64,000 nucleotides of DNA, taken from NCBI GenBank assembly GCA_038087875.1, contig CM075998.1:5520001-5584000 (forward strand). Direction: 5' to 3'. The notes beneath the pieces were generated by a model. The model was not told the origin of the DNA and ran no database searches. It saw nothing but the letters and a program-made list of their open reading frames with translations. Made by a program: the position numbers and the translations under genes. The DNA comes from Malacoraja senta. Lineage: Eukaryota. This document shows positions 24,318 through 37,307 of the stretch, one piece after another (position 1 is the first letter of the stretch; each line of letters opens with the position of its first letter).

Positions 24318-24943
24318 TTAGACAATAGGTGCAGGAGTAGGCCATTTGGCCCTTCGAGCCAGCACCGCCATTCAATGTGATCATGGCTGATCATCCCCAA
24401 TCAGTACCCCGTTTACTGCCTTCTCCCCATATCCCCTGACTCCGCTATCTTTAAGAGCCCTATCTAGCTCTCTCTTGAAAGCATCCAGAGAACCTGCCTC
24501 CACCGCCCTCTGAGGCAGAGTATTCCACAGACTCACAACTCTCTGTGAGAAAAAGTGTTTACTCGTCTCCGTTCTAAATGGCTTACTCCTTATTCTTAAA
24601 CTGTGGCCCCTGGTTCTGGACTCCCCCAACATTGGGAACATGTTAGGTACACAAAAATGCTGGAGAAACTCAGCGGGTGCAGCAGCATCTATGGAGCGAA
24701 GGAAATAGGCAACGTTTCGGGCCGAAACCCTTCATCAGACTGATAGGGGGTGGGGAGAAGAAAGGAAAAAAGGAAAAAGGCGGAGGAGGAGCCCGAGGCT
24801 GGGGGAGGAGAGGAGACAACCAGAGGGCTGTTTCCTGCCTCTAGCGTGTCCAAACCCTTAACAATCTTATATGTTTCAATAAGATTCCCTCTCATCCTTC
24901 TAAACTCCAGAGTGTACAAGCCCAGCTGCTCCATTCTCTCAGC
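24318..24943 (-). mobile_element. CR1 3' fragment with pLTR insertion (24645-24825)
   Basis: CR1 ORF2 C-terminus split between ORFs 24381-24641 and 24689-24949. Confidence 0.8.
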
Positions 24944-25439
24944 ATTCACCTCACCTCACCCCCCCCCCCACCACCCACCAAATCTCCAGCTCCCCTGGGA
25001 CTAGCTCTTGCAGCTTGCCATGTGAATCTGCTATTTTTGCTTTGATTACTCACTCAAAAACAGTCCACGGAGATCAGTTTGGGAGAAGAAAGAACTGGCT
25101 GACTTCCAAGTCTATCCAAAGTCCAACTCTTACTGCAGAACAACACTAGGTATGCTATCTCAGCTTTGATCCTGCACCTAACTGAGCTACAGAAGTTGCA
25201 ACAAGCAAGTCTTCACATGCCTGGTGGATAATTATTTAAAAAAATGTAAACAGCATTTTCAGATTCCCTCCTGGACAACCCAAATGGGCACAGCAGAGAG
25301 GGCAGGTGGCTGTTTTTAAAAAAGCGTCTCCTCCCCCTCTGCCCCATTCCCCGAGCTGCCCCTAGTTCAAACAAAAAAGAACCTCCCTAGCCCTACCATT
25401 CTCGTTCCTGTCCAGTATGAATGAAGCATAAAACAAACC

Positions 25440-28005
25440 AACTGGTAGACAAAAACGGACAAAAACTCCCACGGTACGGAGCTTTTGCATTTTTCAGCTT
25501 GAAAATTGTGCAATCTGGTGCATACTGTAGCGAGTCTTTTAACTTGCATTTGAAATGCAACATTTATGCTTTAAATTGGATTAGGTATGAATAAGGTTAG
25601 GCTAAATTACATTCCTAATTACATTCCACAATAGAGCCAGGCTCTGATCAACAGGTGCAACACATGAATGACTGTATTCATATATGGAAATCAGATTATA
25701 TTCATGCTGTTATGTATGTATATAGAGAAAAACTCAGAGAAACAAAGCAAAAGTCGACTTCCATCACTGTTCTGCACAAATAAATCAATCAACCTAGTTC
25801 AAGAAGGAACTACAGATGCTGGAGAATCGAAGGTAGACAAAATTGCTGGAGAAACTCAGCGGGTGCGGCAGCATCTATGGAGCGAAGGAAATAGGCAACA
25901 TTTCAGGCGAAACCCTTCTTCAGACTGTTTCAACCTTACCCTTTGAATATAGAAACAAGACGAAAATAATGCCACATATTCAATCATATATGGTTCAATG
26001 AAATTTAAGATATATATGTAAAAATATATATGGAAACAGGCCCTTCTGCCCACAAAGTCCACCACCGACCAGCAATCTATCATACACCAATTCCTTCCAT
26101 CACACCAGGGACAATTTACAGAAGCCAATTAACCTACAAACCTGCACTTCTTTCGGATATGGTAGAAACCGGAATATCCAGAGAAAACCCATGTGGCAGT
26201 AAGGCAGCAACTCTACCACTGTGTCACCGTGCCACCCCATTACATTATTGATTCTGTAATATATTTATTATGGTGTCACGTGAATAAAGATGAACACATG
26301 ATTCTGATTTCTGCCCTCAATGCGTGAGAGTTGGCAGCCCTGCTAATAACGCAAGTTCCAATTGTTTGGACAAAAATCACTTATTACTGCTTTATAACAG
26401 TTAAGTTACATTAAGACCATTTCAGAAATTATGGCAGTCAACAAAAAATCAACTAACAAATTAAAGCAAACTAAAAGAAAATAACATGTTCCCTTTCCTG
26501 ACTCTACCTCATAAGTACTTTACCGCTGTTAAGAGCAAAGGGATATTAATCTCAAGAATCAAAATGGGGAAAGTGAGGGCAATTTTGCTTAAATGATCAT
26601 TCTAAGCCATTCAGATCAGCATAGAGTCAGAGTTATACAACGTACATGGCTGGCCCAATTTGTCCCATAATGATCGTTGGCATTCTGCGTGCCCAGGGAC
26701 TGGCTGCCGTTCCAGATCAGCTTGCGTCCCAGGGACTGGCTGCAGTTCTCAGGTCGGCTTGCCTGCCCCGACCCCGTGAAAACAAATTGAAAAACCCCCC
26801 GCGGTTTTTCAGGTTACGGGCCGGATTCAGCCCGTGTGCCGTAGGTTGCCGAAACCTGTCCTAGATGTTTGGCCTCATTGTGGTCCCCCCCATGTTTTAC
26901 AACCAATTCACCTGGTTAGTTCTATCTCCGGCTGCTTCATGTTGCCGGCGGCTGCACATCCAACCAAGAAAGAAGAGAAGAGAAGTTGAGAGTTGGCAGC
27001 CCTGTCCTAAGGCCAGGATGTGACAACAGACACACAGGGAGACACATACACAAAGGAAGACACACACACACACAGGGAGACACATACACAAAGGAAGACA
27101 CACACACACACACACAGGGAGACAGACTCACACACACAGGGAGACACACAGACACACACACGGGGAGAACACAGACAAACACACGGGAGACACACACACA
27201 CACAGAGACACACATACACACAGGGAGACACACAACACACAGGGAGACACACAGACACGCACACACAGGGAGACACACACACAGGGAGACACACAGACAC
27301 ACACATGGGGAGACACACACACACGGGGAGACACACACACACACACACAGAGACATACACACAGGGAGACACACAGACACGCACACACACACAGGGAGAC
27401 ACACACACACACAGGGAGACACACACACAGGGAGAAAGACACACAAGCACACACACACCTTTTCTTCCCCCTCCCTCCATCCACCCCTTCCTCCCTCCTG
27501 CCCCCATCCTCCCCCTCCCTCTTTATCCTTTCCTTCCTTCATCCCCTTTCTACATTCCCTCCCTTGTCTCGCTTTGCCTCCATCCCCTCCCTTTTTTTTC
27601 TTTCCCTCTCTCTCTCTTTCCCCCCTCCCTCTCTCTCCCCGGCGCCCAATGGGGAGTCTGGCAGGCACGGTGTAGCGTGGATTGGCAGCGCTACCGTGTG
27701 AGTTGAAGGGCAGGAGGAGGGAGCGAGGCTGCAGCGGCGGCCGGCAGTGCAGCGCTCACAGCGGCACATAGAGCTGCTGACACCCCGCGGCTGCACATCC
27801 AACCAAGAGAGAAGAGACGCAACGTCACTCACAGCCGGCAACCGACGGGCTTCCCCAGACCGTGCAGATCCCTGGCACGCGGCGCAAAGGGACAAACTGT
27901 GCAGGGACTGAACTCAGCATGAGAACTCGGTGATGAGCGTGAGGGCGTGAGAATTTTCTCCAAGGCGTGATTCTCACGCTGAAAGCGTGAGAGTTGGCAG
28001 CCCTG
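25440..28005 (+). mobile_element. hAT-like DNA transposon pieces with three right-end TIRs (ending 26342, 27004, 28005)
   Basis: GAGAGTTGGCAGCCCTG occurs three times and is the reverse complement of the CAGGGCTGCCAAC left end. Interleaved with SINE/pLTR pieces and a CA-rich minisatellite. Confidence 0.5.
27025..27460 (+). repeat. (CA)n-GGGAGA minisatellite
   Basis: Repeated CACACACAGGGAGACACA units. Confidence 0.9.
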
Positions 28006-28619
28006 CTTTTTTCTCACAGAGAGTGGTGAGTCTGTGGAATTCTCTGCCTCAGAGGGCGCTGGAGACAGGTTCTCTGGATGTTTTCAAGAGAGAGCTAGAT
28101 AGGGCTCTTAAAGATAGCGGAGTCGACCCGAAACGTCACCTATTCCTTTGCTCCATAGATGCTGCCTCACCTGCTGAGTTTCTCAGCATTTTGTCTACCT
28201 TCGATTTTTCCAGCATCTGCAGTTCCTTCTTAAACATAAGCAGCCAGCTGGTCAGTGGGCGAGACAGTCTGTGCCTGTCCACAGCAATGCCTGGACATGG
28301 GATGGCCAGGTCAAGAAAACAAAAATCATTCCACAAGATATGATAGGCAATCAGTGCAGCTCCGAGGGGAAGTCTCACCACCCACCCCTCAACGTTCGAT
28401 GCCAATACTCAGCCTGGCTGAGTCACCGGCCGCCAACATCCTAGGAGTCACCTTCGACCAGAAACTCAACTGGACCAGTTACATAAATACTGTAGCTACA
28501 AGAGTCGGTCAGAGGTTGGGATTCCTGCTCTGGCTGACTCACCTCCTGACACCCACATCATCTACAAGGGATGGAACGCTTGCCTTGATGAGTGCAGCTC
28601 CAATAATGAAGAAGTTCTT

Positions 28620-29085
28620 TACTAGAATGTTGCCTGGGTTTCAGCAACTAAGTTACAGAGAAAGGTTGAACAAGTTAGGTCTTTATTCTTTGGAGCGCAG
28701 AAGGTTAAGGGGGGACTTGATAGAGGTCTTTAAAATTATGAGAGGATAGACAGAGTTGACGTGGATAAGCTTTTTCCATTGAGAGTAGGGAAGATTCAAA
28801 CAAGAGGACATGATTTGAGAATTAAGGGACAAAAGTTTAGGGGCAACATGAGGGGTAACTTCTTTACTTGGCTGTGTGGAATGAGCTTCCAGTGGAAGTG
28901 GTGGAGGCAGGTTCGATTTTATCATTTAAAAATAAATTGGATAGGTATATGGACGGGAAAGGAATGGAGGGTTATGGTCTGAGTGCAGGTAGAGGGGACC
29001 AGGTGAGTAAGTGTTCGACACGGACTAGAAGGGCCGAGATGGCCTGTTTCCGTGCTGTAATTGTTATATGGTTATATGGTTATAA
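28620..29085 (+). mobile_element. CR1 3' fragment (different subfamily)
   Basis: FTRMLPG...LSYRERL..LGLYSLERRRLRGDLIEVFKIM, with a (TATGGT)n tail. Confidence 0.85.
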
Positions 29086-29474
29086 GCCCAACGCCATCCA
29101 GTAAGTAAGTAAGTACGTTTATTTATATAGCACGTTTAAATCAACTTGCGTTGAAACCAAAGTCCTTTACATAAAATAAACAATTAGGTTCCGTACATCC
29201 ATAGAAAAAATTTAAAAAAAGAAAAATGATACAACACATTATAGAATTCAACGTGAACATCCCCCCGCAACAGAATCCAGGACAAAGAAACCTATTTTGA
29301 TTGGCGACTCTAAACGGTGACTCCCCCACCAGCAGTGCAGTGTCTGCAGTGTGTACTATCCACTACAATGCACTGTAGTTACTCACCCAGGCTACTCTGA
29401 GCGCACCTCAAATCCACAAAGCCCCATTTTTTAGATCACTGATGCCACTGGGACTGACTGACACCAAATACTTA

Positions 29475-29804
29475 AGGCCCTGTCCCACGGTACGAGTTCA
29501 TTCCAAGAGCTCTCCCTAGTTTGCCCTGATTCGAACTCGGAGATTTACGGTAATGGCCACTCGTCGGTACTCGGGGCTCTCGTGGACATTTTTTCAACAT
29601 GTTGAAAATCTTCACGAGTCTTCCCGTGCTTCCCTGCCGTTAGCGAGTCTTCCCGAGTACCTGCCGTTAGCGTTACGAGCCGCGAAGAGACGTCCCCGAG
29701 CTCCGACGTACCCGCTACGTTCATTCTCCGTGCTTACCACGAGTTTGATTTTTTTTAAACTCGGGAGAGCTCTTGGAATGAACTCGTACCGTGGGACAGG
29801 GCTT
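29475..29804. mobile_element. PIF/Harbinger-like MITE
   Basis: ~40-bp TIRs AGGCCCTGTCCCACGGTACGAG... with a TTA TSD on both sides. Confidence 0.8.
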
Positions 29805-31154
29805 TTAGCAAAACACCAGCTGCTGGAGGATCTCAGCAGGTCAGACAGCATCTGTGGAGGGAATGGACAGACAACGTTTCAGGACCTTTCTTGAGACTGA
29901 AGTCAGGATCAGTCCGACGTAAGGTCCCGACCCAAAACATCGTCTGTCCGTCCGCTCCACAGATGCTAGCTGACCTGCTGAGATCCTCCAGCAGTTGGTG
30001 TCTTGCTCATGATTCCAGCATCTGCAGTTTCCTGTGACACCAGATCCTGTCGGAGCATCTGCCCACTGACTGAGTTGACCTGTGTGGGTGTAAAGATGAA
30101 CTCAGTCACTTCACTGAAGACAGAACATTGTGGGCACGGTGGAGCAGCGGTAGAATTACTGCCTCACAGCGCCAGAGACCCGGGTTCCATCCTGACTACG
30201 GGCGCTGTCTGTACGGAGATTTTATGTTCTCCATGTGACCGCGTGGGTTTTCTCCGGGTGCTCCGGTTTCCTCCCACACTCCAAAGGCGTACAGGCTTGT
30301 AGGATACAGTAATTGACTTCGATAAAATTGTAAATTGTCCCTCGTGTGTAGGATAGTGTAAGCGTGTTAGTGTGGAATTCTCTGCCTCAGAGGGCGGTGG
30401 AGGCCGGTTCTCTGGATACTTTCAAGAGAGAGCTAGATAGGGCTCTTAAAGATAGGCGGAGTCAGGGGATATGGGGAGAAGGCAGGAACGGGGTACTGAT
30501 TGGGGATGATCAGCCATGATCACATTGAATGGCGGTGCTGACTCAAAGGGCCAAATGGCCTACTCCTGCACCTATTGTCTGTTGTCTATTATCGTACGGA
30601 GTGATCGCTGGCTGGCACGGATTTGGTGAGCCGAAGGGCCCGTTTCCGCGGTGCATCTCTATAGTCTAAATTAAGCTGCAAGGAATTAACTATTTTTATT
30701 TTCAATATTAATATTGCAGAAATGGAGTCACCTTCAAATAAAGTTAATAGGCAAAGCAGGATTTGTGAGTGGGTGAATCATGGAAGATTTCATTTTGACC
30801 ACTGTTTTATTTGATTCTGTCGTTAATCTTTGATATCTTTATTTTCTCCGTGCACATTTTGCAGACATTGCAAGATGGAAAGCCACTGCTCAGCCCGACG
30901 AACCTGTGTTGATGTTTATTCTGCACAAGAGCTGTATCCTAGTCCCATGTGCTGCCCTGTTTCCATATCCCTTTATTCCCATCCCTTCAACCTCTTACCT
31001 AACTGATACTCGACTGTTGCTGTTAGTCTCTGCTTCAATCGCTAACTCAGGCAGTGTCTCAGTACTGGGTGAAAAGGCTTCCCATGCCCTCTATCCCAAA
31101 TCATTTCCATTTAATCTTATTCTTGCCATTCTAGACCAAGTGTGACTCACAATA

Positions 31155-32520
31155 TCCATACATAACTAAAACTCTGTTCTTGTGCTCTTCCAGTTTGCGG
31201 GGTTTTTCTATTTGCGCAAAAACGGTACGCGATAGCACTACGATTTGTCACCAGTTTACTCGCCGTTCTCCTGTGCTGCGAGTGCAACAAGTTTCGTTCC
31301 GATCGGTGGCATATTGTAAAAGTTATCGAGGTTTAAACATCTTATAAAACCGTGCGTGCGTGGATTCCTTCAGTCAGCGCCATGCAGATTGGTCTCTTCT
31401 CCTGTCAGTCAATGCCACCTCACTCACAAATCCATCTCTCCCCTCCTCACAGTAACTTGTCTATCGTTTCCCCCACCATCGGAGGCGGCTGCGGGGGAGG
31501 GGGTTCAGTGCAGGCCCTGGTTCCGTCTCTCTCTCCCTCATCACTCATCCCACTCCCGCACCTGCCCTCTTCAGCAATGGCGGTCCCGTCTACCCGTCCC
31601 CCGGGTCTGTCTCCGCCGCCGCCGCCGTTGGGGTAACTCACGCTCACGGCCTTCTCAGAGATCTTCTCCACCAGCTCATCGAAACTCCTGGTGCCCACCG
31701 TGACGAACACCGACTCCACCCCCCCCCCCTGCGGCCTGGCCCGGTGGCGGCAGTGAACAGGCAGGCAGGTAGGCGGGTGGGCAGGGCGGGGACGGGCCGA
31801 GCGGCAGCAGCAGGCGGTCGGACAGGATGGGGACGGGATGTGCCGGAGTGGGCAGAGGGAGGGAGGGAGAGTCGGGCTGCAGGGTGACCGAGCGGTTTGC
31901 GCGGAGTTTGAGTAACTCACACACACACAATGCAAACTGGTCCAATCGTCAAGTCAACGGGATCTAAACCACAGCTAACAATGAATGACCTGTGGAGGAA
32001 GGAACTGCAGATGCTGCTTTTTATGGATGGAGGGAGTGACTGAAGGTAGGGGAAAGGAGAGGGAGGGAGAGGTGAGGGAGGGATTGGGTGAGGGGAGGAG
32101 GAGAGGGGAAAGATCCTGGGGAGGTGAGGAGCGACAGTGGATGGATTGAGGGAGAGGAAGGGAGAGGGGGGAAGTGGGGGAGGTGAGGAGTGGGAATAGA
32201 GGGAGAGGAGGGGGGAGAGGGGAAGGCAGGGAGCGGGGAATAGAGGGAGAGGAGGGCAGTGGGGGAGGTTAGGAGGTATAGTGGGGGGGATAGGGGAGGT
32301 GAGGAGTGGGGGATAGAGGAATAGGAGGGTGGTAGGGAGGGGAGAGGAGTTATAGAGGGAGGGAGTTGGGGGCTATGCATGAGTGGTGCAATATTGCGTT
32401 GGGGGGACGGGTTGCATTGGGGGAACGGGTGAGTGGTGGAATATTGCATTGGGGAACGGGTTGCGTTGGGGGACCAGGCCTCCCGTGTGACAGGGACCCA
32501 GCGGGTCCCACTTAGTCTTG
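31155..32520 (+). mobile_element. Non-autonomous Helitron copy 1 (carries ALG13 exon 1)
   Basis: 5' end A|TCCATACATAACTAAA. 3' end has a GGGACCC-agc-GGGTCCC hairpin (32493-32509) then CTTAGTCTTG|T. Both termini are homologous to the copy at 55164/62363. No TIRs or TSD. Confidence 0.8.
31642..31719 (-). pseudogene. ALG13: Captured fragment of ALG13 (UDP-GlcNAc transferase subunit) exon 1
   Basis: VESVFVTVGTRSFDELVEKISEKAVS resembles the ALG13 N-terminus (MKCVFVTVGTTSFDDL...). It is followed directly by a GTGAGT donor (phase 0). The Met position is GTG after a G run. No other ALG13 exons were found, and it lies inside a Helitron. Confidence 0.8.
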
Positions 32521-35500
32521 TGCTTTCCTAACTTTGAACATCTCTAGCGAATCAACCCGTTGTGATGCGATTCCAATTTTGCCAAGCCTTTTGTCTCATT
32601 TGTATTTCCTGGTATCAGATAGCACGCAATTAATCTGTGCTGTGCTCTCTTTATTGCCTGAGCATTGTTCCCATTGTGTGGGGCCCAGAGCTACACATGG
32701 CGCTCTGACTGTATTCATGGCTTGATATACATTTCTATATGAAGTGGAACTGGCAACACTGATCTCACTGTTTGGGGAGTCTAGGGCAAGGCAGCAGTGC
32801 ACAGGGATTTGGCAAATGGAAAGCTGACATTTACAGTCGAGACCCTTCATCAGATAGATCTGAAGAAGGGTCAACCCAAAGGGTCTCGACCCGAAACATC
32901 ACTGATCCGCATTCTCCAGACACTGCCTGACCCACTGAGTTACTCCGGCACTTTGAGTCCTTCTCCACAGATGCTGCCTGACCCGCTGAGTTACCCCAGC
33001 ACTTTGTGAAACGTCACCTATCCATGTTCTCCACAGATGCTGCCTGACCCGCTGAGTTACTCCAGCACTTTGTGTCTTATATTTTGTAAACCAGCATCTG
33101 CAGTTCCTTGTTTCTATTAACATTATTTGGATATTATTAATTAGTCCTTATGGAGTGAATGGCATGTGAGAGCAGGTACAGGATACTGAGTTGGATGATC
33201 AGCCATGATCATATTGAATGGCGGTGCAGGCTCGAAGGGCCGAATGGCCTACTCCTGCACCTATTTTCTATGTTTCTATGTTTCTATGAGTGAGAATAGA
33301 TTACAGGGCTAGAGACACAAGGAAGTGCAGTTGCTGGAACCTTGAGCAAAGCACAAAGTGCTGAAGGATCTCAGTGGGTCAGGCAGCATCTGTGGAGGGA
33401 ATAGACATGCAACATTTCGGGTTGGGACCCTTCTTCAGACTGATTGTAGTAGAGGGGAGAAAGCTGGAAGAGATGTGTGGGCGGGACATAGACTAACGAG
33501 TGATAGGTGGATACAGGGGAAGGGATTTGATTGGCAGACCAGGGGAGTAAGTGAGAATGGTTTCAGGTCAAAAGGAGACAAAATGTGGCAGATACGGATT
33601 GAAATGTAGAGGGAGAGGTGTAGGTGAGAGGGAACAGGGAGGGAGTGAAAAGGGGAGGGGGGGGATAAATGGGACGGGAGGCGAGTGTACACATGCAGGC
33701 TGTAGGGAATAAGGGGGAGTGGACCCAATGAGATTGCTCTAGCTAGAAACAAGGGGCTGAATAGTTTCCTTTTATATAAAAATCAATAACCCATACATAG
33801 TGGTGACAATTTTATGTTTCATAAACTAAATGAATGGCTGAATAGACTGACTTGTCTCACCTCGTACCCATATTCATGTTACTTGTCAACTTTTAGATAG
33901 TAAACCATTTGCCCTCATTGTGACTGAATCTACCCTTCACACTGCAGCAGAGGCACGGCTGGGACATCCAGTCACAACCTGGCAAGTTTGCACGGGGAGT
34001 TGCTATTACAAGTGAGGGCGTAGGAATTCACCATGGGAGTAGTTAACAAGAAGCACAACATATGTACGATTTCAAACATAAATCTGCGTGTACGTCGCCG
34101 GAGGGCATTTGCTCGCAGTGAAGATGGTTTTTATTGGGACCAAGGTGGAATAGCAGCGAGCTCCACACTGCCATCTTGAGGAGCCAGCCACCAACTATGA
34201 CAGAGCAAAATCATCACAGCACTGGACAGGATGAATGGCGAGGAGATCAGGAAGGAGGGGGGGAAACAGTCTCAGAACCAGAGGCCCATCCACGGACCCA
34301 TGGAGGCCAAGTCATTAAGTAACCACGGCTGAGCTCAATAGACTTAGAAAATGTTGGGCAATCATGAACGATGGGGATCTGGGAAGAAAGTGCAGAGGAG
34401 GCCAAGATCAGACCAGTTAAGGCTCGAGCTGGATTGATCCAGAACAGGATTTAATATTCCCTGGAATTCAGAAGATTAAGGTGTATTCCCACTTAAAGCT
34501 CACAAGATATTAAGTGGATACTTGGGGTGGGTGAAGAGACACTAGGTCTAATTTTGAGATCTGGTCCCATGCCCAAATCTGCAGAAATAGTCTTTTCATG
34601 TCAGGTTAGAATGTAAGACTTTTAGACTTTTGAGATCTAGCATGGATACAGGCCCTTCTACCCAACGTCGACCAGCGATCACCCCATACACTCGCAATAT
34701 CCTATACACTAGGGACAATTCACAATTTTTACAGAAGCCAATTAATCTATAAACCTGTATGTCTTTGGAATGTGGGAAGAAACCGGAGCACCCGGAGAAA
34801 ACCCACGCGGTCACAGGAAGAATGTACAAACTCCATACAGACAGCACCCGTAGTCAGTATCTGGCGCTGTGAGGCAGCAACTCTACCGCTGCGCTACAGT
34901 GCCGCCCCTGTACGTCTGGTCAGGTCTGGGGAGCACAGTGGCGCAGTTCTCCGTGACCACTGATGGCGCCAGTTTCCTCCCACGTCCCAAAGACGTGCAG
35001 GGCTTGTAGGTTAATTGGCCCTCTTCAATTGCCCCCTAGTGTGTAGGGAGTGGATGAGAAAGTGGGATAAATTGGATAACACAGAACTTGGTGAAAGGAT
35101 GATCAATGATCCGTTGGGCCAAAGGGCCTGTTTCCATGCTGCATTGCTAACACTGACGTAGCTGTACACACAGCCTAGTCGAAGTTTGGCTGCAAAATGA
35201 CAACTGATGCTTGGTCACTTGCTAACTATAAATCTGGCATGTTGTTAACCAAGAATATTAACGGATACAAGTAGTGTAACCTCTATGTCATTGCACCCAC
35301 TTCATTAGGAACATATTACATAATGCAATTGAAGATGATCATACAATTGACTCACTCTGTTTGCCAATTCTCTTCCGCCTACATTACATGTGCAAACCCA
35401 TGCCTTTATTGCAGTTATGTCACTGTGAGCTCCATCTTGAGCCCGGAAGTCAACAGAAGGACATTGGGGACCTCATCCACTTTCAATATCGAGTTGAGGA

Positions 35501-36436
35501 GGAGGACTTTCGTTATATTGCCCTTGAACAAGCCCAGAATCTGACACTAAGCCACTCATCAAGGTGATTCCTGCGTAGCGTACAAACTATCAGTTTAAAG
35601 ATGTTTATGAAGGAACTGTAGATGCTGGAAAATTGAAGGTAGTTAAAAATGCTGGAGAATCTCTGCCGGTGAGGCAGCATCTATGGAGCGAAGGAACCTA
35701 AGGTTCTCGACCCGAAACGTCACCTATTCCTTCGCTCCATAGATGCTGCCTCACCGCTGAGTTTCTCCAGCATTTTTATCTACCATCAGTTTAAAGATGG
35801 TTTGTATTTAAGAGCTGAACTTACTGACCTCATACAAACAGTGAGAAATACCTTCAATACAATTAGAGATGGTAAAAAGCCCTTGTAGCTACAATGGCCA
35901 AGACACAATTGCATGGAAGGGCAGAGGAGTTCGCTCTGGCCTGCCTGACAACACCTATCCATCAACCAATATACCTGGCCACCACTGCATCATTGCTTCT
36001 GGAAACTTGCTATGCTGCATTAGAACAGTGGCTATATTTTCAAAAGTACCGCCCCTGTTCACTGTAAAGCTTTGTGAAAGCTCATGCAAGTTACTATAGA
36101 AATGCAAGTAGTGAGCACTCCTACAGGAGAGGGCACTGGTTGTGACATTGGTACAGCATTGATCATTGGTTTAGTGGGGACAGCAATGTGCCCTAGTTTG
36201 GCATCAGTACACGGCACGGAACTGGTTTTGCTATCTCAGGTTTCGCAATGAGGACACCACAATTAATCTCAGATATCTTGACTCGATATTACTTGAAAAT
36301 GTGTACAGCACTTCTGTTGCATAATTCTATTAATTCAACCTCAAATCGCTCTATTTTACCCCAGAGTTGTGCAACTAATATGCTTTGCGAACACAACCTC
36401 AGCCCGGCTACATTGCCACTGCCGAAACGTTACTCA

Positions 36437-37307
36437 TGGGCCTGTCCCACTTAGGCGATTTTTTAGGCAACTACAGGCGACTACTGTCGCCACATGGTCG
36501 CCTGTACGGTCGTGAGTCGTCTCCTCAGTCGCCCAAAGAGTCGTAGCGTCTTTCTGGTCGCCGTTGGATTTTCAACATGTTGAACATTTCTCAGCGACAG
36601 TGGGTTTGATGCCAATGAGCGTCGCTTGACTTCTACTGACGTAGGTGCTAATAGAAACATAGAAGCATAGAAAATAGGTGCAGGAGGAGACCATTCGGCC
36701 CTTCGAGCCAGCACCGCCATTCATTGTGATCATGGCTGATCGTCCCCTATCAATAACCCGTGCCTGCCTTCTCCCCATATCCCTTGACTCCACTAGCCCC
36801 TAGAGCTCTATCTAACTCTCTCTTAAATCCATCCAGTGACTTGGCCTCCACTGCCCTCTGTGGCAGGGAATTCCACAAATTCACAACTCTCTGGGTGAAA
36901 ACATTTTTTCTCACCTCAGTCTTAAATGACCTCCCCTTTATTCTAAGACTGTGGCCCCTGGTTCTGGACTCGCCCAACATTGGGAACATTTTTCCTGCAT
37001 CTAAGAAATCTGCATCCTGTCCAGTCCTTTTATAATTGTATATGTTTCTATAAGATGCCTCCCTCATCCTTCTACACTCCAGTGAATACAAGCCTAGTCT
37101 TTTCAATCTTACTCTTTTCAATGCTGTGGTAGGTTGTCGCCAGGACGAAGTAGGTGCTGTCTTCGGGGGGGTTTTGTTGATAAAGTAATGACTCTATTTC
37201 AAGTTTTATGTTCTTAGGGGGGTCCAGTGGCCATTTTTTCGGCGACCTGCTACGATTATGACAGTCGCCGGCAGTCGTCTAAAAATAGCCTAAGTGGGAC
37301 AGGCCCA
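36437..37307. mobile_element. PIF/Harbinger-like MITE containing a CR1 3' insertion (36650-37110, -)
   Basis: TIRs TGGGCCTGTCCCACTTAGGC / GCCTAAGTGGGACAGGCCCA. A related right end lies at 42104-42180. Confidence 0.75.

Noticed and set aside
31642..31728. ALG13 fragment as an internal cassette exon of AHR via the upstream CAG acceptor
   Set aside because: Its 87-nt length would not correct the exon 2 frameshift, and it would be read out of the ALG13 frame.
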